Notes: generated from the letters alone by a model not told the origin. A DNA stretch of 64,000 bases from an uncultured Planctomycetia bacterium (GCA_964373715.1 CAYJVR010000001.1:149164-213163), one strand, 5' to 3'. Counted from the first letter of the stretch, positions 39,608 through 49,495 are shown. Numbers and translations are program-made.

Positions 39608-40311
39608 TGAAGGAAACTACGAAGGGTTCCATGTCCACGGGTGTCAAGGTCTTGACAGAATCCGATATCCAAAGCCGGTTATACGGGCGCTATTTGAAGG
39701 AACAACGGGAGGAGGAATACCCTCAGGTGTCGGCTCAGTCTTATCAGGCTGTGTCGCCGCAGGTTTCCTCAGAGGCCGTGTCCCAGAAGGAGTGGGATGG
39801 GATAGAAATTCTCTCAGGTGAATTGAAGCGGCTGCGTGATGAACTGATCCTCTTGCGGCAGGAGAGGGAACAGCTTGAACAGCAGTTGAAGCGAGGCGGG
39901 CAAGTTTCTCTCACCCGAGGGGAGGCAACCTCTTTCCGTGGGGCCGCCCAGCGGCCTGGCCGCCTGTGGGGGTTCTTAGGTAAATTTGTCGCGGTTCTTG
40001 CTATGGTTGCTGGAGTTGCGTACCCGCTTGGCGTACAGCTTCTCCAGGCCTCTCCAACCATGATGATGGAGCCGAGTCCCTACACCATCCAGGTGGCTGT
40101 TTACGACGTCAAGCCGATTGCCGACCAGGCGCTTTCGTACCTTCAGGAACTGGGCTATTCCGCTTTCATGGTGGAAACCCCGCGCCGGGACGGACGGGCG
40201 CGCTACAGGCTTTATGTCGGCCAATTTGTGACAAAAGAAGAGGCCGGCTTGGAAAAAGCGAAGCTGGCGGCAGACCCTAATTTCTCGGACGCTTTCGTCA
40301 GATTCCGATAA
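39607..40311 (+). CDS. SPOR-domain protein with coiled-coil and TM segment
   Basis: C-terminal SPOR (YTIQVAVYDVKPIADQALSYLQELGY...YRLYVGQF). Confidence 0.65.
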   Translation: MKETTKGSMSTGVKVLTESDIQSRLYGRYLKEQREEEYPQVSAQSYQAVSPQVSSEAVSQKEWDGIEILSGELKRLRDELILLRQEREQLEQQLKRGGQVSLTRGEATSFRGAAQRPGRLWGFLGKFVAVLAMVAGVAYPLGVQLLQASPTMMMEPSPYTIQVAVYDVKPIADQALSYLQELGYSAFMVETPRRDGRARYRLYVGQFVTKEEAGLEKAKLAADPNFSDAFVRFR

Positions 40312-40330
40312 TCCGCTTAAAGAAAGCCGC

Positions 40331-40780
40331 TTACTCCATCCGGATTGTTTTTATCTTGCCCCCGGTTTCGAACTCAACCTGATCCTCGGTCACCCTAACA
40401 ATCCGGGCTCCCCGGAACGTGTCTCCCGCTTCAACGAGAGAGTTGTTTATCAAAGCGACCGGTTTCCCTGATCCGCCGTGTACGATGCCGTTTAAGCGCC
40501 ATTGTGCATTAGCCGCGCGCAGTAGGTTAATCCCTCCAGATTGCTGTTGTTTGAAATCCGACGCTGAAGAGACAGCCGTTCTCTGTTTTTTTGCATAGCT
40601 CCCGGGCGATTTTTTGTTGGGTTGGATTTTTTGCTGTTGCGGGTTTGTTGAGAGGATGAACGTTAACACGACGAAACCTAAAAACAAAAGTCCGTAAGCC
40701 CACCGTGGGGTGGGTGAGGGCCGCCGGGATGGATTCGAGCCCACTTTCTTGAGCGCATCTGCGATTAAACTCATGACCAT
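40331..40780 (-). CDS. GspB/MshN-like partner protein of the ExeA ATPase
   Basis: Immediately downstream of, and overlapping, the ExeA-like gene on the same strand. N-terminal LIADALKK motif, TM and C-terminal beta region typical of GspB-like proteins. Confidence 0.45.
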   Translation of the reverse strand: MVMSLIADALKKVGSNPSRRPSPTPRWAYGLLFLGFVVLTFILSTNPQQQKIQPNKKSPGSYAKKQRTAVSSASDFKQQQSGGINLLRAANAQWRLNGIVHGGSGKPVALINNSLVEAGDTFRGARIVRVTEDQVEFETGGKIKTIRME

Positions 40781-41664
40781 TCTCCTTGTAAGCTGTTTTC
40801 GATGCTGTTTTCTTCAAAGACCCTTGTGTTTATCGAAGGTTCGTTGCGGGCCTTCTCCACTAATTTCTCATCAATAATGAGGGATTCCTGTATAAATCCC
40901 GCCAGCAGCACTTGATCGCACAGCCGGTTGATGCGGCGCGGCACGCCGCCGCTGAGCCGGGCGATTGCAGAGATCGCCTCCGGCGTAAAGGTCGGAGGCC
41001 TTTTCCCTCTGGCGGCGCGAAGGCGGTGCCGGATGTAGGCGCCCACCTCCTCTTCGGCGCTTAAGGGCTGGATGTTATAGCGGACCGATATCCGGTCATT
41101 CAGCGCTCTGAGGTGGCGGTCTCTATCCAGTTTTTCGGCGAGTTCCGGCTGCCCGATTAAAACGATCTGCAGGAGTTTTGATTTCACCGTTTCCACCGTA
41201 GATAAAAGACGCACCTGTTCTAGCGCGCTTGGACTGAGAGCCTGGGCTTCATCAATGATCACCACGGCTGATTTCCCTGTTGCAGCTTGTTTCAGCAGAA
41301 ACTGCTCGATCAGGGTGATAAGCTTTCCGCGCGAGACCCTGCCGCGTCCGCTTGCCACCCCCGTTTTTCCCCGGAGGATTCCGAAGTCTCTGGCGATTGT
41401 TTGCAGCAACTCTGTGGGGTTTAGAGCAGGGTTTAAGACCAGCGCGGTTTTTGTTTCTCCGGGGAGTTTGTCCAGGAGCGCTTTGCAGAGGGTTGTCTTC
41501 CCTGTGCCGACCTCTCCGGTGATCATGAGGAAGCCGACCCTCTGTTGGATACCGTAGGTCAGGTGAGCCATAGCCTCTTGGTGCTCCTGCGACGGGTAAA
41601 GAAAGGAAGGATCGGCCGTCACATGAAAAGGCTTTTCGCGAAAACCATAGAATGATTCGTACAT
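40771..41664 (-). CDS. ExeA/GspA/MshM-family AAA ATPase
   Basis: MYESFYGFREKPF N-terminus and GEVGTGKTTL Walker A. AAA_22-type domain. Confidence 0.75.
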   Translation of the reverse strand: MYESFYGFREKPFHVTADPSFLYPSQEHQEAMAHLTYGIQQRVGFLMITGEVGTGKTTLCKALLDKLPGETKTALVLNPALNPTELLQTIARDFGILRGKTGVASGRGRVSRGKLITLIEQFLLKQAATGKSAVVIIDEAQALSPSALEQVRLLSTVETVKSKLLQIVLIGQPELAEKLDRDRHLRALNDRISVRYNIQPLSAEEEVGAYIRHRLRAARGKRPPTFTPEAISAIARLSGGVPRRINRLCDQVLLAGFIQESLIIDEKLVEKARNEPSINTRVFEENSIENSLQGEWS

Positions 41665-41703
41665 CGTGGATACCTTTTATAGGGTATCATGTCTGAGAAT
41701 CCC

Positions 41704-41732
41704 TTGCAATTTCATTAGATATGCACTATATA
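41704..41732 (+). promoter_or_regulatory. candidate sigma70-type promoter (TTGCAA-N17-TATATA) for the PilZ operon, with an adjacent 6-bp inverted repeat GATACC-N8-GGTATC at 41669-41688
   Basis: Hexamers and 17-nt spacing read directly. Lies in the divergent intergenic region between the exeA-like gene and the PilZ gene. Confidence 0.35.
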
Positions 41733-41767
41733 GAGAGAAGGGAGGGCTTACTCTTGTGTGGCAAGGA

Positions 41768-42121
41768 ATGAACCAGCGGCGGTTTCCAAGGCTTAAATCT
41801 CCTTGTGTCGTCAAACTTCACCAGGAAGGTGTGGCGGATACTACTATTTCGACGACCACTGAGAACATCGGTTTGGGCGGAATCTGCGTGCTTTTGGATC
41901 GGGGCATGGACATCTTTTCGCCGGTTGATTTGGAACTCCATCTCGAGGCCGGCAAGCCGGTTTTGAAAACCCAAGGGACGATCGTTTGGGTCGTCTTGCG
42001 AAGGGACAACAAGAAGAAGCCCAGCTTCGATACGGGAATCGAGTTTTCCGGGTTATTGGCCGATGACAGGGCCCGTCTCGAAGCCTTGCTCGATAAAACC
42101 GAATCTCGTCCCGGCCGTTGA
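41768..42121 (+). CDS. PilZ-domain protein
   Basis: RRFPRL...DISLGG-like (ENIGLGGICVL) PilZ c-di-GMP-binding motifs. ATG at 41768 preferred over the longer ORF-track start. Confidence 0.7.
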   Translation: MNQRRFPRLKSPCVVKLHQEGVADTTISTTTENIGLGGICVLLDRGMDIFSPVDLELHLEAGKPVLKTQGTIVWVVLRRDNKKKPSFDTGIEFSGLLADDRARLEALLDKTESRPGR

Positions 42122-42510
42122 GCACCACGATAGAACCTTCCTTGCTTTACTCGGTTCTCTGCGATGATGTTCGCCGTGAAGAGAACGGAAAATTCATCCT
42201 CTTGGGCATGTTCGAGACGATCGGGGCGAGGGAATTCCCGGCGGTCCATCCGGTTCTTTTTGTCGTCAACGGCTGGATAGGGGGGGTCGGGACGTTTCGT
42301 CAGTACAGCCGCATTCTTGATCCGGGCGGGCAGGAGATCGCACGGGATCAGGAGACCGTTTTCCAGTTGTCCAATCTGAAGAGCAGGCACTCCGTCATTG
42401 CCCGTTTTGGAAACCTCGAATTTCCTCAGCCCGGCGAATACGCCATCGAAATACTCTTGAATGAAGATTTGAAGGTGCGGTACCCGCTGGTTATTGAGCA
42501 GGCCCGTTAG
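42118..42510 (+). CDS. hypothetical protein translationally coupled to the PilZ gene
   Basis: TTGA start/stop overlap with the PilZ gene. 130 aa. No recognisable family. Confidence 0.4.
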   Translation: MSTTIEPSLLYSVLCDDVRREENGKFILLGMFETIGAREFPAVHPVLFVVNGWIGGVGTFRQYSRILDPGGQEIARDQETVFQLSNLKSRHSVIARFGNLEFPQPGEYAIEILLNEDLKVRYPLVIEQAR

Positions 42511-43101
42511 CTAGAGCGAAGGGGGGCAGCAGCAGCTCAGGATCAGGGATTGTCCCGGCCCGCTATTTTTTATGGTGTGGGGCAGGGAGGCTTGGAAATA
42601 GAGACTGTCTCCCGGGTCCATTCTTATTTTTTCTTTTCCGACCGTCACGTCCGTTTTCCCTTTGAGCAGAAAAAGGAGTTTTTCCGTGCCGGCCGGAGAC
42701 TGTTCTTCCTTGGTAGATTTCCCCCCAGGCAGATGGATAAGTCCCGGAAGCATTTTCTTGTGGAGCGCATTTGAGGTCAGGATGGATACGGAGGCTCCCC
42801 GGCTTGTTTGGTACCTGTCCGATGGGTCCGAAGCTTTTTTGAGTTCGACTGAAGAGGCCAAAGGATCGAGCTCGGCATAAAGCTCCGGCAGGCGCACTCC
42901 CAGCGCGTGGGCGATCCGCAGGTGGGATTCAAGGGTCCCGGTCATTCTGCCGGTTTCAATCCTGCTCAGTGTTGAGAGTGCGACGCCCGATTTCTTCGCC
43001 AGGCCGGCCAGAGTCAGGTCTTTCAGCAGCCTGGTTTCCTTGATTTTCCTACCGAGGTTCTTCACAAGAGAGACGATACCAGCGGCGCGAAAAAGCGTCA
43101 A
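42511..43101 (-). CDS. XRE-family HTH transcriptional regulator with C-terminal cupin domain
   Basis: N-terminal HTH_3 (LAGLAKKSGVALSTLSRIETG). C-terminal cupin_2 beta-barrel. Confidence 0.75.
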   Translation of the reverse strand: MTLFRAAGIVSLVKNLGRKIKETRLLKDLTLAGLAKKSGVALSTLSRIETGRMTGTLESHLRIAHALGVRLPELYAELDPLASSVELKKASDPSDRYQTSRGASVSILTSNALHKKMLPGLIHLPGGKSTKEEQSPAGTEKLLFLLKGKTDVTVGKEKIRMDPGDSLYFQASLPHTIKNSGPGQSLILSCCCPPSL

Positions 43102-43195
43102 GCTAAAAAAAAGAGGCGGGTTTTCCCGGTTTTTTTTACTTGAAAAATATGCAAATTATTATATATTAATACTAATTTAAGGGAGGTGCTTTAAG

Positions 43196-44788
43196 ATGAA
43201 AAAGAGGGTTGTCTGGTTTGCCGCGGTTGTGGTTGGCGCTGTTTGGATTTACCTGTTTACGGGTAACCTCAGCGTGAGTGGGTTGCCGGTTGCGGAGGAG
43301 AAGGCCGGTGTTTGGAAAGTGCCGTTTATACGGGGGGCGACCCTGGCGGTTGTGCCGGCGTCGAATGGCCGAGGGATTTGGGTTGGGACGGAGAGGGCCC
43401 TCTATCAGTCTCCGGATGGCGGCCACAGCTGGCGTCGGCTATTTCGAGGAGGAGTGTTTGGGCGCGCGGTTCGGGTTGTCGCCGTCCATCCCTCCGAGGA
43501 GCGGTTTCTTTGGATCGCGACGGCGGATGAACTGTTTGCTTCCAGCAATGGTGGGCGGCGCTTCAGAAAGGTTCTTTCGGCGACAGGCCGGATTCTTTGC
43601 CTCGCGGTGGATTCCCAGGTTCCTGCGCGGATTCTAGTCGGTTCGGAGAAGGGGGTTTACTTCAGTGAGGATGGTGCGTTTACCTGGAGGGGGCTTTCTC
43701 TCGGATTGCCGGCGGGTCCGGTCCGTTCGGCAGTTTGTCAATTGCCGCAGGGTTTATTTTATGTCCAAACGGATGCCGGTTTATTCGAACTGGATTTCGA
43801 AAGAAAGGTTTGGCGCCGGCTCCGGGTTTTCTTCCGGAGGGAACCGGAAGGTCTTTCGGGAGAAGATACTGAGGAGAATAAGGTTGTTGAGCAGATCAAT
43901 CCGAGTTCTCTGGTTGCGGAGCCGCTGAGCGGAAAACTTTACGTGGGGACTCCTGAGGGGCTTTTTGTTCGCACAAAAGACGGCCAGCTATGGGAAAGAA
44001 TCCCCACGAACGGTTTGGCAACCCCTGAAATTCGCCAGATAGTTCTCGATCCGGGGCCGCTGGCGAGAGTTTATGTTCTCACTTCGCAAGGATTGTTTGT
44101 CTGGGTGCCGGAAAGGTCTGTATGGGTTCACTTGCAGGATGTCCTTTCTCCCCAGGAGATTCTCTCCGTTTCACTCGAACCTGCCGGAGGGTTTCTCTGG
44201 GTCGGGACGAGCGGCGGGCTGTTCAAGGTTTCTGTCCCGAGAGGGGACTCTGTCGCCGAGAACGCGGTTGTTCCAGATGAATTCAACGGACCGGATAAAG
44301 CCCCGGCAATCCAACAGGTTCAGCAGGCGGCTATTTGCTATGCGGAAGTGGGTCCCGAAAAGATACGAGGGTGGCGGACGCGCGCCCTTTTGAGCGGCTG
44401 GCTCCCGAAAGTTTCTTTCAGCGTGGATAAGGACAGAAACAGAACGATAGCCTCCGCTTCTTCGGCGGGGAAGACCTCATTTTTTGTCGGTCCCGAAGAT
44501 GAATCTCTTGGGGTGGGGGTTGATTTTGCATGGGAATTGGGCGACCTGATCTGGAATCCGGATCAGGTCTCGATAGACACCCGGTCCAGGCTTATGGTTC
44601 AGCTTCGCCAGGATATTTTAGAGGAGGTCACTCGCCTCTATTATGAGAGAAAACGCTTGATGGCGGAATTTTCAGGCCATCCGACAGGTGATTCCGTGCT
44701 TTCGGCCGAACGCCGATTGCGGATAGAGGAGGTTGAGGCTCAGCTCGATGCGTTAACCAACGGTTATTTTTCTAAAAATGTTAATTAA
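43196..44788 (+). CDS. secreted beta-propeller (BNR/Ycf48-like repeat) protein
   Basis: Signal peptide, then repeated 'G..W.r' and 'lyvGT..GLF' blades. Strong RBS aagggagg. Candidate promoter TTGAAA-N16-TATATT at 43140-43167. Confidence 0.5.
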   Translation: MKKRVVWFAAVVVGAVWIYLFTGNLSVSGLPVAEEKAGVWKVPFIRGATLAVVPASNGRGIWVGTERALYQSPDGGHSWRRLFRGGVFGRAVRVVAVHPSEERFLWIATADELFASSNGGRRFRKVLSATGRILCLAVDSQVPARILVGSEKGVYFSEDGAFTWRGLSLGLPAGPVRSAVCQLPQGLFYVQTDAGLFELDFERKVWRRLRVFFRREPEGLSGEDTEENKVVEQINPSSLVAEPLSGKLYVGTPEGLFVRTKDGQLWERIPTNGLATPEIRQIVLDPGPLARVYVLTSQGLFVWVPERSVWVHLQDVLSPQEILSVSLEPAGGFLWVGTSGGLFKVSVPRGDSVAENAVVPDEFNGPDKAPAIQQVQQAAICYAEVGPEKIRGWRTRALLSGWLPKVSFSVDKDRNRTIASASSAGKTSFFVGPEDESLGVGVDFAWELGDLIWNPDQVSIDTRSRLMVQLRQDILEEVTRLYYERKRLMAEFSGHPTGDSVLSAERRLRIEEVEAQLDALTNGYFSKNVN

Positions 44789-45150
44789 TCTGATATAAAT
44801 AAATATTTTTATATTAATAATTATCTGTTTTTTATAAAAACGACAGAAATCGCCTCTTATTCCAGCCGCCAAGACAACCCTTTTAGCCTGCTGTTTATGC
44901 CGTTGGTTTTGGCGTATTTAAGTGCCTACTGTTTATCAGGATGCGTAAAAAGAAGTTGCACTTGGCGTCGGACATCAGTATACTGACCGCTTGTGTCTCC
45001 TCCTCATGGAGCAGATGGTGGGTTTGCACTCATCCATATAGTTCATGTCCAACAAGGAGGGTCCGATGGAAAGGAAGGTCGGATCGAGGGGAGGCACCAT
45101 TAAAAAAGAAGAGTGTCGCTTCACCCTCTTACGGGTAAGCGAGGGGGAAA

Positions 45151-45187
45151 AACGTCTACGGTCTTTCCGTGGACGTTTTTCTTTTTT
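45151..45187 (+). terminator. intrinsic-terminator-like hairpin immediately upstream of the response-regulator start
   Basis: AACGTCTACGG-tctttc-CCGTGGACGTT stem with one mismatch, followed by TTTcTTTTTT. Confidence 0.5.
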
Positions 45188-45201
45188 CGGCCTGGTTTAC
45201 G

Positions 45202-46074
45202 CCTATGCCGCCACCTGACGATCTCGACTCCAGGACCAAAAGGGTTCTTGTCGTAGATGACGAGCAGGAGGTGACCTTTGCCCTGCACGCCTATTTTTTA
45301 GGCAAGGGGTATGAGATGCTGACTGCGCTGGACGGCATGCAAGCGATGCGGCTTTTAAGGCAACACCCCGTGGATCTTGTCCTTCTCGATATGAAGATGC
45401 CCGGGGTTAATGGAATCGAGGTCCTAAAGTTCATTCACTCCCATAGCCCGCAGACCAAGGTTATTGTTGTCACCGCTTATGACGATCAATTTCAAGAGAT
45501 GGTGGAGAAGCTGGGAATTGACGGTTTTCTCATCAAGCCGTTTGGTATCGAGGCGCTGACTTCCACCGTGGAAAGGGTTTTAACGGGCAGACATAGCGAG
45601 ACAGCCCCTGTCTCCGATGATGTTTCTGCCATTCCCCGCGGCCCGAAAGCGCGGGCAAAGCTTCTGTTTGTGGAGCCAGCAGAGTACACCTACCAAGTCA
45701 AAGAGGTCTTCTTCCTCGATTCGGAAAAGTGCGGGGGGATTTACAAGGTTGACTGCGCTTATGATGTGTCTGAGGCGCTGAAAAAACTCGAATCCTTCAG
45801 GCCTGATATTTTACTTGTGGATTTGACCATGCTTGGTACCGGGGGAAAGCTGGCGCTCAAGGCAATGGCCTCCGAAGCCAAGCCGAAAGAGCTTGTTATT
45901 CACGGCTCAGGCACGGTGTTGCCCTCTTCCAAGAACGCGCACGTCGAGGATCTTACGCGGCAGGGAGTTAAGGTCGTTTACAACGAGAGCTTTACCAGGG
46001 CGGGGTTGATCCGCTTAGCGGAAGTGATCCGGAAAACGGCGATTGCTCACGGGTTGGTGGAGGTTTCTTCTTGA
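45202..46074 (+). CDS. response regulator with tandem receiver domains (second degenerate)
   Basis: REC1 with DD...D(LVLLDMKMPG)...K pattern. REC2-like fold (ILLVDLTMLG) lacking the full acidic pocket. Confidence 0.7.
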   Translation, partial: PMPPPDDLDSRTKRVLVVDDEQEVTFALHAYFLGKGYEMLTALDGMQAMRLLRQHPVDLVLLDMKMPGVNGIEVLKFIHSHSPQTKVIVVTAYDDQFQEMVEKLGIDGFLIKPFGIEALTSTVERVLTGRHSETAPVSDDVSAIPRGPKARAKLLFVEPAEYTYQVKEVFFLDSEKCGGIYKVDCAYDVSEALKKLESFRPDILLVDLTMLGTGGKLALKAMASEAKPKELVIHGSGTVLPSSKNAHVEDLTRQGVKVVYNESFTRAGLIRLAEVIRKTAIAHGLVEVSS

Positions 46075-48164
46075 TGGGGGTCTTGGCGAAGGGCTTGTTA
46101 GCTGTTGGCCTAGCGAGCCTGGCGGCTGGTTTCTTCGTCTACTCGAAGAACAGGAAGAACCCTCTCACAGCGACTTGGTTCCGGCTTTCTATGGCCACAG
46201 CGGTATGGGCGCTGAGCACCTTTTGTTTGGTGAACGCGCCCTCTTACGGCTGGGCCCTCGTCTTGGCTCGGTTAGCCCAGGCGGTTTTTAGTCTGATTCC
46301 GGTCTTCTTTCTCCAGTTCAGCCTCGCACTGCTCAATGGGTCGGCGCGGGTTCAGGGGAGTTTACTGCGTTACAGCAGGATAGCGGCAGGCGTATTCTTT
46401 CTGCTTGGTGTGACCCCGCTGATTTTTAGCCGCTTGCAGACCGATACCCTCTTTAGGTTTTATCCGATGGCGGGGCCGTTTTACGGTGTTTTTGCCGTAT
46501 GGTTTGTTATTCTCATGCTTGTTTCGCTGAGTATCCTGCTCAATGCCTACCGTCTTCACGCCGGCTACAAGAGGAACCAACTTATCTATGTCATCACGGC
46601 TTCTCTTTTCGGTTTGACGGCTTTCTTCTCATTTATTCCAATGACGTTTGCCATTTCCATACCGCCTTTGGGCCCGCTCCTGCTTGTTTTTTACGCGTTG
46701 ATCACCTATTCGGTCATTCGCTGGCGCTTGATGGATATCTCGATCGTCGTTAAAAACACGCTTATCTACGCCAGCCTTTATTCAATTTTGGTGGGGCTTT
46801 TTGTCGTGGTCGTGGTTTTCTTCGGGCAGCTTTTTTTCTACGGTCCGCAAGCTTTGGATAAGAGGGTTTTGTGGATGTGCGTCGTAGCGCTGAGCATTGT
46901 CACCGCCTTGGTGCGGCCGCTCGATACATGGCTGACGAAGCTGACCGACAAAATGCTGTTCCAGCGGAAATATGAATGGCAGAAAACCCTTAAGGAAGCT
47001 TCCCGAGGGATGGCGAAAGTCACCTCCGTTGAGAGGCTGCTGAGGCTCATGGCTCATTTCATCGGGATGAGAATCCGCGTTTCCCACGTCGGTTTTCTTC
47101 GTCGGGACAGCGGCTATTACACGATGAAGGTCAGCCGGGGGAAAGAGAAGCGGCCCATGGGGCTGACGGTGGATAGGGACAACCCCCTTGTTTTATGGCT
47201 GGAGGAGAAAAAGGAGGTCTTGTCCGATGATGAGGTCGAGTATTGGCTCCGGAACGAAAAGCTTTTCCCTCACAGGACGGTGCTCAGGCGCACCCTTTCC
47301 GAGATTAAAGGGGAGATGGGTTTACTGGGGGCTAAACTGTGCGTGCCTGCTTTCAGCAGGTCGCAGATGCTCGGCTTCTTAATCTTGGGGGAGAAGCTTT
47401 CAGGCGACCCTTACTCGAGGGAGGATATGGATCTCCTTTTGACGCTTGCCAATGAGGGGGCTATCGCGCTTGAGAACGCGCAGCTTTACGAACAGCTGTA
47501 CCAGCGGATGCATGAGATTGAGGATCTTTACCAGCGTGAACACAGGCTCTTCATCCATACAGCCATTGCGTTGGCGGCTGCTGTGGATGCACGGGATCCC
47601 TATACCCACGGTCATACGGAGCGGTGCACCGCTTACGCGCTGACAGTTGCCGAGGAGTTGGGGACCACCCATCCGGAGATGGCAGGGTTTCTTCGGTTTA
47701 AAGAGATGCTGAAGGTTTCAGGGCTACTTCACGACATAGGCAAAATCGGCATACCGGACGACATCCTCCGAAAGAAGGGGAAGCTCACGCCGAAAGAGTT
47801 CAAAAAGATGGAAGAGCACTCCATCATAGGCGCTATTATTCTCCAGCCGATTAAGGGAATGGAGGATGTGGCCAAAGCGGTAAAGGCGCATCACGAACGT
47901 TATGACGGCAGAGGTTATCCGGACGGTTTGAGGGGGACGGAGATTCCGCTTTTGACCCGAGTGATCTCTGTTGCCGATACTTTTGACGCGATAACAACCG
48001 ACAGGCCTTACCGGAAGAGGCTTTCAGATGCGGTTGCCGTGAAAGAAGTGGAGGCCGGGGCCGGAACGCAGTTTGATCCTGTGGTGGTTCAGGCTTTTTT
48101 GAGAGCTCATAAGAAGGGCCTCATCACGATGAGGCCTGTTGAAGCGACCGATATGTTAAGATAG
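46071..48164 (+). CDS. 7TM-sensor GAF HD-GYP phosphodiesterase
   Basis: N-terminal 7 TM helices (7TMR-DISM-like), GAF, and C-terminal HD-GYP (HDIGKIGIPDDILRK...HHERYDGRGYPDGL). Confidence 0.8.
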   Translation: MMGVLAKGLLAVGLASLAAGFFVYSKNRKNPLTATWFRLSMATAVWALSTFCLVNAPSYGWALVLARLAQAVFSLIPVFFLQFSLALLNGSARVQGSLLRYSRIAAGVFFLLGVTPLIFSRLQTDTLFRFYPMAGPFYGVFAVWFVILMLVSLSILLNAYRLHAGYKRNQLIYVITASLFGLTAFFSFIPMTFAISIPPLGPLLLVFYALITYSVIRWRLMDISIVVKNTLIYASLYSILVGLFVVVVVFFGQLFFYGPQALDKRVLWMCVVALSIVTALVRPLDTWLTKLTDKMLFQRKYEWQKTLKEASRGMAKVTSVERLLRLMAHFIGMRIRVSHVGFLRRDSGYYTMKVSRGKEKRPMGLTVDRDNPLVLWLEEKKEVLSDDEVEYWLRNEKLFPHRTVLRRTLSEIKGEMGLLGAKLCVPAFSRSQMLGFLILGEKLSGDPYSREDMDLLLTLANEGAIALENAQLYEQLYQRMHEIEDLYQREHRLFIHTAIALAAAVDARDPYTHGHTERCTAYALTVAEELGTTHPEMAGFLRFKEMLKVSGLLHDIGKIGIPDDILRKKGKLTPKEFKKMEEHSIIGAIILQPIKGMEDVAKAVKAHHERYDGRGYPDGLRGTEIPLLTRVISVADTFDAITTDRPYRKRLSDAVAVKEVEAGAGTQFDPVVVQAFLRAHKKGLITMRPVEATDMLR

Positions 48165-48204
48165 TTGGCAGCTGAGCATTTTTCCCTATCCAGGAGGAAG
48201 AGGA

Positions 48205-48561
48205 ATGACACTCAAAGAACGACGGAAATACATGAGGATCTCCACGGATTTAAAAGCCGAATATTGGGCTAAGGGACCTTCTATGCTGAAGGGCAATGCC
48301 TTGGTGAAGGATTGTTCCCGGGAGGGTTTTGGCGTAGTGCTGCAGGACCCGGTGGCGAAAGGGGAGCATGTGGATTTAACGTTGCGCGTTCCCGGAGACA
48401 ATATTCCGATATTCGCTACCGCGGAAGTGACCTGGTCCGAATTGGATAAGCAGGGGGTGGGCGCAGGGCTTAAGATTCTTTCTATTAAGCCTCTTGATTT
48501 GGCCCGTTTGCTCGATTTTGTTTATTCCCGTTGGCTTGGCGGGATCAGAGAAAAGCTTTAA
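48205..48561 (+). CDS. PilZ-domain protein
   Basis: RRKYMRI...DCSREGFGV PilZ motifs. 118 aa. Confidence 0.7.
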   Translation: MTLKERRKYMRISTDLKAEYWAKGPSMLKGNALVKDCSREGFGVVLQDPVAKGEHVDLTLRVPGDNIPIFATAEVTWSELDKQGVGAGLKILSIKPLDLARLLDFVYSRWLGGIREKL

Positions 48562-48619
48562 AGGAACCAGCCGGATTTCCAGCGGTTTTCTTGTCTAATC
48601 CAAGAGTGCGTATCCTTTC

Positions 48620-49495
48620 TTGATTCCTCTAGTTGTTGTTTTTCTCATTCTTTTTCTTTGGGGTGTTGCGGGGTCTTCCATAGTCGTCTCTCAGCCCCGT
48701 TACAGGGCGTCGACAACACCTTCCGATGTGGGGATCTCGTCCTGGGAGCCGCTGTCTCTTATTACGGAAGATAAGGTCTCGATCTCCGGTTGGCTGATCA
48801 GAAACCCTTTCGCCGAGGGAGTTCTACTTCTCCTGCATGGATTCGGCACTTCAAAAGCCGATCTTTTGGATGTCGCCAGGTCTCTTTATGATTTTGGAAA
48901 GCACCACCTTGTTTTGATTGATTTCCGCGGGCACGGGCATTCCGGCGGCAGATCCTTTTCGTTCGGCCGCAAAGAGGTTTTGGACGTGAAGGCGGTTTTA
49001 ACGACCCTGGCTTCGATGCCGGATTTTCGGGAGCTGCCGGTCGGATGCCTCGGGGTATCCATGGGAGGGGCCATCGGTATCCTTGCGGCGTCCCGTTATC
49101 CCCAGATACGGGCCGTCGTCAGCGATTCTGCTTATGCCGATTTTGGCAAAGCCATTGCGAGGGCCCTGAGTATCACTTATCATGTTCCCCTGTTGATTCT
49201 CGGGCAGATCGTGATTTGGAGCACCGAGGTCCGTTTAGGGTGCAAGATGGCTGTCGTCAGCCCGATGCTGGCAGTTCCCCGGATTGCTCCTCGCAGCGTG
49301 ATGATTATTCACGGGACAAACGATAGGACTGTACCCCATCAGGATGGGGAGATCCTTTTTAAGGTTGCTGGAAATCCAAAAAAACAGTGGATGATTCCCG
49401 GCGCGGAGCATGTTGCCTGTTTCTACAAAGATAGAGTGGAGTACACGCGTATGGTATCGGAGTTCTTTAGAGATGGGTTTCGCGGAACGGCGTAA
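48620..49495 (+). CDS. membrane-anchored alpha/beta-hydrolase
   Basis: N-terminal TM. GVSMGG nucleophile elbow (GxSxG). HG oxyanion region. C-terminal His. Confidence 0.65.
   Translation: MIPLVVVFLILFLWGVAGSSIVVSQPRYRASTTPSDVGISSWEPLSLITEDKVSISGWLIRNPFAEGVLLLLHGFGTSKADLLDVARSLYDFGKHHLVLIDFRGHGHSGGRSFSFGRKEVLDVKAVLTTLASMPDFRELPVGCLGVSMGGAIGILAASRYPQIRAVVSDSAYADFGKAIARALSITYHVPLLILGQIVIWSTEVRLGCKMAVVSPMLAVPRIAPRSVMIIHGTNDRTVPHQDGEILFKVAGNPKKQWMIPGAEHVACFYKDRVEYTRMVSEFFRDGFRGTA

Noticed and set aside
43100-43195. Possible bidirectional terminator (A-run, small GC hairpin cgggttttcccg, T-run)
   Set aside because: Stem only 4 bp and the region lies upstream of both flanking genes (divergent). 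It is better explained as a promoter region.
44941-45138. 65-aa ORF in the intergenic leader before the response regulator
   Set aside because: Cys/Trp/Arg-rich composition, no RBS, lies in a region better explained as structured RNA/leader.
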